Shown: positions 13,206 to 24,972, counted from the first letter of the stretch. The stretch is DNA of 64,000 nt from Hydrolagus affinis (GCA_012026655.1 JAAILG010001052.1:1-64000), one strand, 5' to 3'. Notes: generated by a model not told the origin, from the sequence alone. Translations and numbers: made by a program.

Positions 13206-13630
13206 GTGGAGTCCTGTAGTGTATTGGTTAGAGAACTAGCCTCACAAGTGAGAGAACCTGGGTTCGATTCCCTGTAGAAAAGTTAGGCAAGTTTCCTTTC
13301 TCCACATACCTCTGTGTACCTAGCTACAACAACAATTTGCATTTATATAGCGCCCCTCACACACAGGGTCCCAGAGTGCTTAGCAGTTAATAGGAATGCT
13401 GTTCTTGGTCGATCGGCAGATTGCTTTTGTGGGAGAATTACCGCTTCAAACAATAATAATTTGGCCACTCTATCCATGACTATTTGTGGGACACCACTGT
13501 GTGCAATTGTCTGCCCCATTTCACCCACAAAATATACAATCAATTCGCTTTGCAGTATATACTGTGAAGCTCTTTGAATTGCCTTGAAGATGTGATAAGA
13601 CGCTATGCCAAATGCAAGTATTATTATTAT
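13206..13630 (+). mobile_element. tRNA-derived SINE long form interrupted by an antisense L2 tail (~13325-13385)
   Basis: Head gtggagtcctgtagt...ggttcgattcc, body to acctagc, inserted caacaacaatttgcatttatatagcgcc, then body resumes to the (TTA)n tail. Confidence 0.7.
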
Positions 13631-14324
13631 ACTTACCTAAGTACTGTAGTTGACTAGAACTAAGCATCTTCTGTTGGCCTTTTTCAGTTGGCCTTTCACA
13701 TCAAAGTGATGGTCCTGGTTCAATTTCAATGTTCTCTGTCAGTGCTTATTCCACATGGTTTATTTTTCTGAGCGCAATTTGACTGTGGTTGACTTAATAT
13801 TTTTTCCCTCCAGCACTCTTCAGTACCTTTTTGCAGCCTTCCGCTTTCACCTTCAACTCTTTCAACAGCTTCAGTTTGGACAGCTTTCCACGTGAAAATT
13901 TTTCGGGTGCATATCATAATAGATATCAAACTCTGAAATGTAATATGTGCCATTGTTAACAACACGCTAAAGCTGCTTTTGTCGCTTGATGTTCTGAGTG
14001 ATGACCGCTTGCAATTAATATCTTTTCTGATCTTTCTGTTGGGAATGCAATAATCTTCTTGTAGACTGCTTCTGTTAAAATTCTACATCAGAATTCATTT
14101 GATTTGGGAGTTTCAAACCAAACCTATTTTTGCATTTGATTCTGTTCATTTGTCTAGTCCCCGACTCATTGGTTGTCCTGTGGCACTTGCATTGTTGATA
14201 CAATCACTTGATGACTGTATCACCAATGCACATACTTGACAACACACTTTGCGTTTTGTTTATCCCAGAGTTTTTTCTTTTATTCAGAAAGATTCTCATC
14301 AATTACGTGCAATTTTGCTCTCTC

Positions 14325-14621
14325 CAGTTCCCAATTCAAGATCCTCGTCCTCACTTTCAAGGCCATTCACGGCCTTGCCCCCACCTATCTCTCTGACCTG
14401 CTGTCTCCCTATCAGCCTGTGCCCGTCCCCTCCGTTCAGCAGACTCAGGCCTGCTCCGCGTCCACCGCCCTAACCGCCCAACCATCGGCGGCCGGGCTTT
14501 CAGCCTCTCTGCTCCCACACTGTGGAACTCCATCCCACAGCCCCTCCACCTTGCTTCCTCCCTTTCCTCCTTCCCCGACGTGAAAGACGCTCTATCAATG
14601 TAATTTTGTTGTTGTTGTTGT
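14325..14621 (+). mobile_element. L2 LINE 3' fragment with internal deletion
   Basis: QFKILVLTFKAIHGLAPTYLSDLL motif; jumps from ccctttcctcc to the terminal stem-loop; (TTG)n tail. Confidence 0.85.
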
Positions 14622-15360
14622 TCCCATCTACAAAGCTATTCTCTTACACAGTGATTTACTTGTACACGGTTTACAAGGCAGATTACTCTTTGAGCTGCAC
14701 ACATCTCATGTTTAACATGTTCCACATCGATCTCCTGTGAAAATGCTTTCAAATAGTTACTCACAAGGACAGGTTTCCGTATGCACCTTTTCAATGGGAA
14801 GCCTTTTGGAATATAACAGATTGATAGCCGTCTTATCTGTCATTTCAGTCGTTTTGCGCAGATGAACAGCTTTGGCCAATGTTAAATCAGATTCATCTGA
14901 GGGTCTGGCTTCTAACTTGCTCGCTTAAAATTCCACAGACATTGCCGTCACAATTCAGACCTTCAATTAGAATTCCAAATTCACATGGCGCGGCTCATTT
15001 TAAAAAAATCAAACATACCTAGAGGAGTTATTTCTCCATCAAATAGTAGGTTTAAAATTCCATCTGGTCTGAGAATAACAATCCTTGCATTTGATATAGT
15101 ACCTTATCAATCAAAAAATCAAAGCACTTCACAAGAATTTTTTCCATTCAGTGTAATGACTCTGTATTGAATATGACAAGACAATTTGCACACTAAAATG
15201 TCCCATAAATCAGCAAAAAGAGAACAAGCAATTTTTTCTCTGGTGGATGGTTGAACAGATTGCAGGGAAAAACTCCCTTCTCTTTTTGAACTGGCAGCCG
15301 AGAGCTCATTTTCACATCTCGTCCAAAGGATTGCACCTCCACAACAGAGAACAGAGTTCT

Positions 15361-15674
15361 GTGGAGTCCTGTAGTTCAGTGGTTGCAGCGCTCGCCTCGC
15401 AAGCAAGAGACCTGGGTTCAATTCCTGACGGGGATAAATCTTGGGAAAGTTTCCTTACTCCACACACCTGATAGTAATCCCTCAGGAAAAAAAATCAAAC
15501 AATAATAAATTGGTCACTTCAAACCATGACTGTGGGACACTGCTGTGCGCAATTGGATGCCGTGTTTCGGCCACATACAGTCAATTCACTTTGCAGTACA
15601 TCCTGTGAAGCACTTTGAGACATTTAGAAGACATGAAAAGCCCCATAGCAAATGCAAGGATTATTATTATTATT
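15361..15674 (+). mobile_element. tRNA-derived SINE, short form
   Basis: A box TAGTTCAGTGG, B box GGTTCAATTCC, body ttgggaaagtttccttactccacac, tail aatgcaagga(tta)n. Confidence 0.88.
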
Positions 15675-17275
15675 AGTAGTAGTATTATAGAACATTTCCC
15701 CAGCAATGGAGTGGAGCCACAACATACGATGGGCTTAAATCCACAATCATCTGACTCAGGGGGGAGTAATATTATTTGAGCCAGGCTGACAATTAAACCA
15801 TTTTTTCTTAAACACTTTAGAATTACGTGAAATGTTACAGCACAGAAACAAACCATTATAACCCACCGGTCTTGTTGTTTATATTTCACATGAGTCTTTC
15901 TCCAATTCCCCCCATCCCAATCATACCCCTCCATTCTGTTCTCCCTTAGCTATTGACAGTCACATAAACAGCAACAAAATTACATTTGCAGAGCGCTTTT
16001 CACATCGCTGACTTTTCGCAGTCAGCGTTCAGGACCCAAGCTTTGGGGATGTAGGGGTGTGGGGGGTTGGTGGGGGCAGGGTTGAGATGAGGGAGGACAC
16101 ATAAAAAAAACATTGCGAAGTGTTTCCCAAATGAGATTCATTAGAGATGAGTATTTTATGGAGGCTAATTTGTGTCTGCAAACAACAGCTTGATTGATAG
16201 TGAAATGGTTTGATTTTTTTTTGTGGGTGGGGCGGGTGGTGAACTTTGGATGAGGCAGGAATGTTAGCCAGGACACGTTACATAAAGTAATCAAGAAAAA
16301 AAGAAAGGGCAGAGAGAAAAGAAATGTGAATTTGCGTGTTTGTGTGCGTGGTGGATGAGATTGTAGCCATGTGTCGAACGGACAAGTGCAAGTGCATTAA
16401 ACACCATCCCACAGCAGCTTCTTTCTCTTTCTGTGAGTGACACAGATTTAGTCCAATAGGCTGGATGTTGTCGTCAAACATTTTGCAGTTTTCATTGATT
16501 CACAGGCAGTTAGTTTGCTGGCATCTGTACAATTTACAGCAAAGCCAGAACTGCAGATGTGGAAAATTAAAATCTGGTACCTGGGAATAAATCAGGATTA
16601 TATTTTTGAAGTGTGCAAATACCCAAATTATAGAATAATAAAACAAGGTAAATGTCTTTTTATTGAAAGGAAAAGAATGCTCAATCTTTCTATAGGAGCA
16701 ATAATCTATGCTAATAATGGAAGGAGAAAAACAAGCAATGAATCATTTAATTACTGGCCAAATTATTCCTCTGAAGGACTGGTCTCCATAGGATTGTCTG
16801 CTTGGCTCATTGCTTTCCCCATTGTAGATGCAAAATAATGAATATGAATGGTTTCATCAGTTGCTTTACACTAAGCAATGCAACACAATATTAGTAATAT
16901 AGTTTCTCCTTCATCGTCCAGGACATGAATTGAATTTTCCCAGATTGAGCAGGGGTTCAGCTACTTTTCTATTCTTTGGTCAGCCCCGGTATCTCTCAGT
17001 TTGCAAATAAGAGCACTGCCTCAAAGCTTTCTCACTGCTTGGATTATTATTATCGTTTGACTTGTTTAGGGCTAATCAGAGCAGTGGGAAGAGTCCCTCT
17101 TCCTCCAGTGACTGGAATACCCTTTCAAGTCATGCTGCTGATCAGTCACTTACTTGTTAAGTAATCTGTTAAGAAATTAGACCGACATTTAAAAAAACTA
17201 AATTCCACAATAAGTTGTTTTTGAATGATAACTGGCGAAGGACATTCAGCAATCGAGGGCTAATTAAAAACATAT

Positions 17276-17281
17276 TTTATT
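17276..17281 (-). terminator. candidate polyadenylation signal AATAAA
   Basis: tttatt on the + strand at the distal end of the repeat-poor block. Other AATAAA hexamers occur at 20327-20332, 20304-20309, 19436-19441 and 16659-16664. Confidence 0.45.
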
Positions 17282-17444
17282 GTTACATCAACTTAGGAAA
17301 TATAGCGGGAGTTAAAAATCAATCTGTACAATGGACAACATTTGAATCAACATAAAATACTACAGTTTTTAATACTGCCAACACCACTAATTACACAAAG
17401 GATCATGGAACAGATCAAATTCTGTTGACATTCTGCTTCCCTTC

Positions 17445-17624
17445 ATAATAATCCTTGCATTACATCAAGCGCTTTTCAGGTAAAGAGGACATTCAAAGTG
17501 CTTCAAAGGATTTTACTGTAAAGTGTAATGACTGTGCATTTTGTGGGCACTTTTAGAAATCCTGCTTATGTGAAAGGCGCTACAACAAATGCGAGTACTA
17601 TTACTATAATTATTATTATTATTA
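17445..17624. mobile_element. two opposed SINE/L2 tail remnants inside the candidate 3'UTR
   Basis: 17445-17550 is a minus-strand tail and 17568-17624 a plus-strand tail. Confidence 0.6.
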
Positions 17625-20565
17625 ACACTTAAAAAGTAACCTTACCGTTCGCACTACATAGTCATTCCCCCCCCCCACCCCCACCCAGACTTGACACATT
17701 CACTACAGCTATTCAAAACACAATCTTTAGCATATAATCTTGTGTGACCACAAAATACATGAAAAGTTAGGTTTTCTCAACTAATTCGAAACACATTTAT
17801 GTAGAAGAGTGGTTCTTCGATTCACCAGAGTGGGGAAACCTTACCTACAAGAAAAGCAGCACTTAGGTTATCGAACACAACACAATGGATTGTGTTGCAC
17901 ACAATTTATGTTTTGTTCCTTTAGAAACAGTCCTTTGTAAATGCCCTTAATACTAATCAGTCTCAGCCTTGGACTGACATTTCATCTTAATCAGCAAAAA
18001 GTCAAGGCATCCAAGAACGCATTAAATATCTACAAAAGCCTGCCATATTTAAACAATCCAATCTATATCTATGTACACTTTTTACAAACCTTTTAAACAC
18101 ATAAACTTACATCTTTACAAAGCCTGTTAACAGCAGGTAAAAATAATACACAACAAAAGAACAGTTCCATAACCATACTACAAAAAGAAGTTTGAATGAT
18201 CACGAGTCATATTAAATTTCACAATTTTCCAAAATGCAGTGCTATGTATATTCCAAAAGGTAATTTTATGTTAAACAAATAAGAGTATTCATCAGAAGTT
18301 ACTCTCTGAACACTGACATGGGGTGGCGATGTTTAATTTGCGATACTACAAACCAGATTTATTCTGTCATTGCAATTTGGGGTTTGTGGAACGAAAGGCA
18401 GAGGAATCGAGAGCGCTGAGTTAGCAAAGTCTGCAAAAAAGCAAGCAAGCAATATGCCAGTGGGAAGCAAGCTAACATTTCCATCACTGCCCTTTTTTTG
18501 TCCGTCCTTTGCCAATTTGGGATTCAGAACTAGTGAATTTTGTCCACGGGAAGTCACAAACTAGACGTTGCAATCAATGCGACAAATGTGGTTTACGCAT
18601 GTGCATATTAGACCCTCATTGTGGGGATTAAAGTAAAGCAGTAAACTCTAAAGCTGCATCAGAAACCTAGTGTCTTCAGATGCGTTTTGTTCCAGTTGTA
18701 AAATATGACAGCGGATGTCTGTGCAATTGACTTATCTAGAAAACAGATCCAGACTGACCATACGAAAGGTGTTTAACTTCCATTAAATGGAGAAATTTAC
18801 CTTGTGATGTTGTTCAATTTTAAAGATAAAAACATAAAATTGTAATCCATATACCTGTACTATCTTTCCTCTATATTTAAACAAACTAATTTACACAGTG
18901 TATCCGGGCAAACACTCGATGGGTAACCATATTGTGCTTTGACTGTTCAAAAGCATCTCTTGAATATCGTATCACGAAACAGAAAAATAAGAGATGCAGC
19001 CTCACTAATTTCAGTTTAAAAAAAAACAAGCCCAGATCTGTAGACAAATACATTCTCGATCATTGAGAAACATCAGCAAGTGGATTAGATTGAACTGCAT
19101 GATCGAATGGACTAACAAAGGTATTCCCATTTACAGCGCTCCACTGAAAAGACCGAGAACACTGAGCTTGCATTTCATTACACCAATCTAGAGTTTGATC
19201 TTAGTTTGGAATCCATTAGTATTGTCTAGAGTAGGATTGGCCAGTGAATACAGACTCCCACACTAAGCAGACATTTCTCTGAAAGCGCAATATGACGATT
19301 ATGAAAAGTGCTTCTCTTTTTTATACTAAATTGTTTCACTGGCACCCCACCAACGATGTAGCTATCGCTCTGCCAAAACACAATGAGAATATCAAGGGTC
19401 CTTAAGCAAGGTCATACAGCCATTTAAGATGCATATTTATTTGAAACTTACAGCAGCTGCAGACCACAGTGCAATATTACTTACTCTTCTGTTAGTTTGG
19501 GTTAAAAGCTCCCACTCCTCTTCAATGGCAGTTTAAATTAGCTAAGCTGCTAAGCAGCAAATGTGAACAGTCTTGTCCTATTATAGCTTGCAGTGCGTGC
19601 AGCAGACTGCAATTTCAGAGCTTTCAATGAGATGTCATCTAAATGCCGCAGAAACAGTTCAGGTCAGGTCACTGAGATCTGAAATGAATTCAGTCCTTAC
19701 AGCAAAGACAGGAGGGGGGGGGGGTGGTATATTTGATCTTCTATTAGGTACTTTAGACAGGCTAACAAATTGGCAGAAGTTTTCATCTCTTTCATTGACA
19801 GATACTGTACTTCAATGCATTGCTTTCTCTGACAGACGCTGACTGTGGAGCTGTGAATAGGACACATTCCACGATTGATACTGTAGTTTCAACAGACAGA
19901 ATTAAAATGGTGCCAGACTGATTGCTGGGCATTTACCTTGAAGGGAGGGCCTGACTGTTAAGGCAGCTGCTGCCCATCAGTGTGCCATTGGACAGCAACA
20001 CAAATACAGCCGAGCCCCAATTATTTACTTCATTGTCCTTTTGAAAAAGTGCTGTTACAAGGTCCCATCATCATCAAACCTCACATTCCACAGCTACCTG
20101 CTAAATCGCCAATTGCTTCATCCATATTTTATAATGTGATTAAGAGATCTTTTTAATCTTTCACCATAAAAATAAATTCCACAGGAACAATACAATGCCA
20201 GGATTATATCCGTAAAAATGTTTTAATTTAATTTTTATCCGCACCTTCAGCTTCAAATTGACCAAACTTATAACCTTCTCATGACTATCATGAATACACT
20301 TCATTTATTAAAAAAAAGCTGAAGCATTTATTATTATATTCCATAAAGGAGAAATTTTTCTGGAGCTGGTATTGGGACTAATGTGCACAGTTAAATCAGT
20401 TAGTGAGAGGAACTGATTCTAAATCACTCTTTTCACCAGTGTTCGCAGGTGTCACACTCTATGGAATGTTTTACACTCCTGCCATAACTCCTCGTTTCTC
20501 CGAGCGTTGCTCGACTTTTATCCGTCAGGTCCTTTTGACTCTGAAGTGATGCAGAGCAACAGCTG

Positions 20566-21185
20566 TCACACCTGCGTGTGGTGGTGAGTTTCCACAAAGG
20601 AAATGTGGATATTGTCAAAATTGAGCTCGTCGCCACTTTCATAGTCGCTCATCACGGCTTCCGAGTCTCCGAAGCCACAGATCGCCGACACGTCTGACGA
20701 CGACGCATTGGTGGACGCAAGCACGGACATCGACATGCTGTCAGCGTTCACGTTCTCCAAGTCCTGGTTGGATCCCTCACCAAAAGTGGTGTAGTTCGCC
20801 TCGTCCTGCGCTCCAGCGACATCTCCCTCAACAGGCAACTGGTGAGGCGGAAGGTACTGGCTGGGGTGGAAGTGAGGTCTGCGTCGGCTATCGGAGCTCG
20901 AAGTGTTTGATACGGACTTTACCTGGGGAGGTTGGACAGCCTCATATTGCCCGTGGTAATCCTCCGGCAGGGGAGGAGGGAGCTGGTCATGGCTCAAGAA
21001 CTCCTCATCGTGAGGAGGTGGGAAATCACTGTCTATGTCGTAGCCACCCAGGTAGTAGTCGGTGTCTAACGCTCTCGTACTCTCGTGATGCATCGGTGCT
21101 GTGTCGGCTGCTTCATAGTGAGGTACTTCTTCAATGTCAGGCAGTCGAGTGCTAGGCATCCAATCTGAGGTGTCCCAGTGATAAG
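20566..21185 (-). CDS. fat3: fat3 last coding exon ([11 protein letters not shown]...[10 protein letters not shown])
   Basis: Acceptor cattctgttgcag|CT; 620 nt including TGA. Proline-rich DFPPP and LPPPLP (EVH1-ligand-like), HPSQYLPPH, and terminal class I PDZ-type motif TQV. Confidence 0.96.
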
Positions 21186-22199
21186 CTGCAACAGAATGAA
21201 ACATCTACAGTGAGAAATTTGTTATTGAAGTACAGTAATTTGAAATCAACTGGCATGACTCGGGTGATTTTTGTTTCTACTCAAAATATGCTGCGCTCCC
21301 TGTATATTACTGCAAATATGAGTATAATAAATGTCATTGTGAAAATGTACATATTGACAAATCCTGGTAGATATCCCAGTGTGCTTTGTTGATGGCATAT
21401 CTGTATACAGAAATAATTGCCCTTGAATAGCTAACCAATTGATCTGTTTCTAATACACTCTGCTTGTGTGGTGCAAGTTTATCCAGAATTTATCACGACG
21501 CAAAGTTTCTCTCCCTTGCTAACAACTCGACAACGAGCACAAGTGCATCACGGACACAAACAGTGAATTTAGTGCAGGTTATGTAAACAGTTTGCACGAG
21601 TAAATGGTTAAAAAAGCAGTGTTTTTCTTGCACTGAGACATGATTGATAATCTATCAAATACCGAACATCTGAAGCTTGTCGGAGCCATTTATCAACGAT
21701 ACATGACTTTATACACTGTAATGTAATGACACACAGTCATCAGGCACATCGCACCAGTTGAGGTAGTAGAATGTCGAGTTCATGCAAAGACCAAATGAAA
21801 CCAGCATGCATTTTGGAAGCCAGTTATTTCTTACTGTACAGTCATACATTGACAAACCGAGGCTGAACCATTGATTGCAGAATAATGCTTTGAATTTCCA
21901 TTTTGGAGAGAACGAGAAACTTCTGGTTTCTCATGGTTTGGAGTCTTATATTTTTCACTTAAGGTAATCAATCACGACTTTCCAAATTAAGGGTCACACT
22001 TTTGTGCGCCCACAAATCTGTGTACTGATGTACTAAACAAATAACCAAAGGTGAAGCTCATTATTCTAACAAAGTGAAAGCAGTCCAGCCGCAAATGTGC
22101 ACATATACAATAGGTCATTCAAATGGGAAAAAAAAAGCTTGCAGCTCAGCTTAGGTTCAGTTCCACTGAAACTGACGGTAACTCTCACAGCTGTTGTTA

Positions 22200-22209
22200 C
22201 ATGCATGCA
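22200..22209 (-). promoter_or_regulatory. overlapping RBFOX-type TGCATG motifs downstream of the 36-nt exon
   Basis: Minus strand TGCATGCATG ~105 nt into the intron; further TGCATG at 21805-21810 and 21781-21786. Confidence 0.5.
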
Positions 22210-22312
22210 CAGAGGGCAACTGAATTGCAAATAAAAAAACAAGTGAGGCAAATGGCTATTAAAAACAAGTTGGGGTAGCATTAATGAGCAAATGGGAAGG
22301 TCTGGAAGTCAC

Positions 22313-22348
22313 CTCTGTTGTAGCTCTGCCCCTCCTCCATAAGGGACA
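22313..22348 (-). CDS. fat3: fat3 36-nt cassette microexon (VSLMEEGQSYNR)
   Basis: Acceptor tttttgctttccacctgacag|TG and donor GAG|gtgact; symmetric phase 1-1. Similar to the 12-aa insert I recall from mammalian FAT3 (VSVMDQGQNYNR). Confidence 0.88.
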
Positions 22349-22810
22349 CTGTCAGGTGGAAAGCAAAAACAAGTGATCATTTGATTATTAACATACCTGA
22401 AGCCCATCAATCAATCGCACTTACGATAACATATGGATGTGGGAGCAGTTTTGAGAAGCAGTTCAGTAAAATGCATTTTAAAATAGAGCACGCTGAATAA
22501 TTTCAAAACAAACATTTCAAAAATGGATTTTACACACCTAAGAGTTCCTTTTTTTTCCTCCTTTTGCCCTTCGTATTTTTTAAACAACAAAGTAGGTAAC
22601 TTAAGAAAATGCCGATTACAAATTGTACTTTACTTTGCTATATTCAATCCAAAACTACTCCAGCATAAAACAAACACAGAGCTCTGCTTTGCAGTAGCCA
22701 CGTTAACTGACACCATTAAAATGACCATATGAAGCGAAAAAATCAGCAAAATACAAAATACAAAATTCAGATTGGTAGGATTTAATGTAATTGGCCTGTG
22801 GACTACTCAC

Positions 22811-22823
22811 AGGCTGCAGACTA
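22811..22823 (-). other. candidate additional fat3 microexon (13 nt TAGTCTGCAGCCT; alternative acceptors give 10 or 3 nt)
   Basis: Minus strand reads caatttacag|TAG|TCTGCAG|CCT|gtgagt, with a strong donor, between the two cassette exons. No transcript evidence is available here. Confidence 0.4.
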
Positions 22824-23689
22824 CTGTAAATTGACAGGTGAACTATTGACTGGTTCAGAAAACGCAGTTCTAATTACCGATGACTAACTTTATTATAGTG
22901 ATGTGAAATTATGATTATCTGTGGATTATTCAAGTTGAAAATGATTATAGATTCAAATACTACCTCCTAAGACTGTGGTTTTCAACTGTGTGTTGGGTAT
23001 TTTTTCACCCTTCTCAGCTCTCTCCACCACTCCCGACTTTGCATGTACAGCTTGGGTCCCCAATCAGCTTTGCGAAGCATTTAGAGATATCCTCCAAAGT
23101 AAAGGGCACTACGTATATAACTTTTAATTGTTGTTATTGTTTTCTCCTTCCCCAAGCTGTGGAAGTCAAAATTCCTACTTCCTTCCACACTAATAATGTC
23201 ACATTGAGGCAGGAATGGCTTCAAACAGTGCACTGTTCGAAAATAAATGTAAAAGTAAAAATAAAAGAACAGCTCCGTAAAAGTTAAATAGAATTATTGC
23301 TGTAGCAGAGCATTCAGTTCAAGTCACAAGTCTGACCACTGTGGTTTAGACAGGATTACATTAGTCTTCATTGAAAGCACTCAGAATACCATCCTGTTTT
23401 GAGACTCTGATGGATTTGTATCTTATTAGTTATTTTACACATAAATGCACACATTTCAAATTCTAGTTAAAATGCCCATTGTTTAACAAAGTATTCATTC
23501 AAATTTTGGGATGAGGGCACTAAGTTAACACGCTTTGATGATGTGTGCTTAGAATGGAATATCCCAACATCTTCAAAGTGCGTTACACATACCACTAGAT
23601 GGAGCATTGGACCCTTGTTTTTCATCACATCATATGACTGCAAACCAGTCAGTGACACCTTTGTTGGCTTGGGAGAGGGGTGTACAATA

Positions 23690-23985
23690 CAATACAATTT
23701 ACCTATATATAGCGCCTTTCACATCAGGCAGGCATCATCTTAAAGTACCTCAGACGTCTGGCTGGGGCAGTGGGTGGTGGAAGCCGAAGAGGATGGGGGA
23801 GGGCAAAGCTGACCGAAAGTGCGGTCAAAGAGATGAGCCGGACTTTGAACGTGAGGAACAGAGGGAGTCAAAGGGAATCTGAGATGGAATTCTAGAGAGC
23901 GGGGGCAGAATGACTGAAAGCTCACCCATCAATGGTTGGGGCAGATAGGGCGGGGGACATGAAGAAGGCCAGTATTGACTGAGTG
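23690..23985 (-). mobile_element. L2 LINE 3' fragment
   Basis: G-rich reverse complement of the L2 3'UTR and ORF2 end (HLFDRTF). Confidence 0.7.
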
Positions 23986-24272
23986 ATATTCATTTATATT
24001 CGAATAATCAAGTTAAATATATCTTAAAAGAACTTATGCTTCAAACAATCACAAAGCTAAATATATTTTAAAAGAACTCAGTCAACTAAGTGCCACAAAT
24101 TTAGCTTACATTTCAGTTTTTCCTTAGGTTTTTCAATTCTTATGTATCATTTATACAGGCCGGGAATTGAGAACTGACTAGATTTGCAAAGGTAAATTGC
24201 TAAGCAGAAGAATAACTCATCATCGATCATATCTCACGAGAAAATATAGAGATCAAGCAGCAAGTTAAATAC

Positions 24273-24332
24273 CTTCATTCTCAATTGTGTCAACCACATC
24301 GTTAACCAGCCGTATAACAGTCACTATTGAAG
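24273..24332 (-). CDS. fat3: fat3 60-nt cassette exon (ASIVTVIRLVNDVVDTIENE)
   Basis: Acceptor ccccaaaag|CT and donor AAG|gtattt; symmetric phase 1-1. Near-identical to the 20-aa insert I recall from mammalian FAT3 (ASIVTVIQLVNNVVDTIENE). Confidence 0.9.
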
Positions 24333-24403
24333 CTTTTGGGGGTGGGGTAAGAAAAGGGACGGATAAAACAAAGAACAGAAAGAGGGAGCAGATAACAGTT
24401 GAG

Positions 24404-24410
24404 GTTAGTA
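24404..24410 (-). promoter_or_regulatory. TACTAAC branch point / QKI-type motif upstream of the 60-nt exon
   Basis: Perfect TACTAAC ~70 nt upstream of the acceptor, inside an AG-free zone (24335-24445) with a pyrimidine-rich tract. Confidence 0.6.
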
Positions 24411-24659
24411 AGCAAGTTTACATTGTTTAGCAAGCATTTATTTACCTTGTAAATAAAACTCAGAATGTCTGAACACAGTATGCAATATCACAGGGAAAAC
24501 AAGCCTTAGAAGTAACAATCTGAATCATTATTTTTGGAGAGTGTTTAAAATTATACATAAAGCTACTGTGCTTTTTTTTATCACACATAATATGTTATAG
24601 ATCCGTTGACCAGACGAGCAAGGGGAGGGAAGATGGTGAAGGAGATTGTGAGAGGGAAC

Positions 24660-24972
24660 TAATAATAATAATAATAATTCTTGCATTTAATATAGCGCTT
24701 TTCACATCTTCTAGACGTCTCAAAGAGCTTCACAGAATATACTGTAAAGTGAATTGACTGTGTACTTGTCGGCGAAACACGGTAGTCAATTGCACACAGC
24801 AGTGTCCCACAAACAGTCGTGGATTGAAATGACCGATTTATTATAGGATTTTTGGAGCGGATTATTATTAGGCATGTGCAGTAAGGAAACTTGCCCGAAT
24901 CGCTCTGCCTGGATTCGAAACACAGATCTCATGCTTGTATGGTGAGTGCTCTAACCACTGAGCTACAGGACT
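24660..24972 (-). mobile_element. tRNA-derived SINE, short form
   Basis: Full-length match to the family. Confidence 0.88.

Larger units (their letters stand above)
17255..20565 (-). other. candidate fat3 3'UTR (~3.3 kb)
   Basis: Follows the stop codon; notably repeat-poor and U-rich on the sense strand; bounded by AATAAA at 17276-17281. The end point is inferred. Confidence 0.55.

Noticed and set aside
15361-15432. tRNA genes at the A/B-box heads (also ~1950, 7400, 13206, 24900, 29160, 54290)
   Set aside because: They continue into SINE bodies and lack a proper acceptor stem and terminator.
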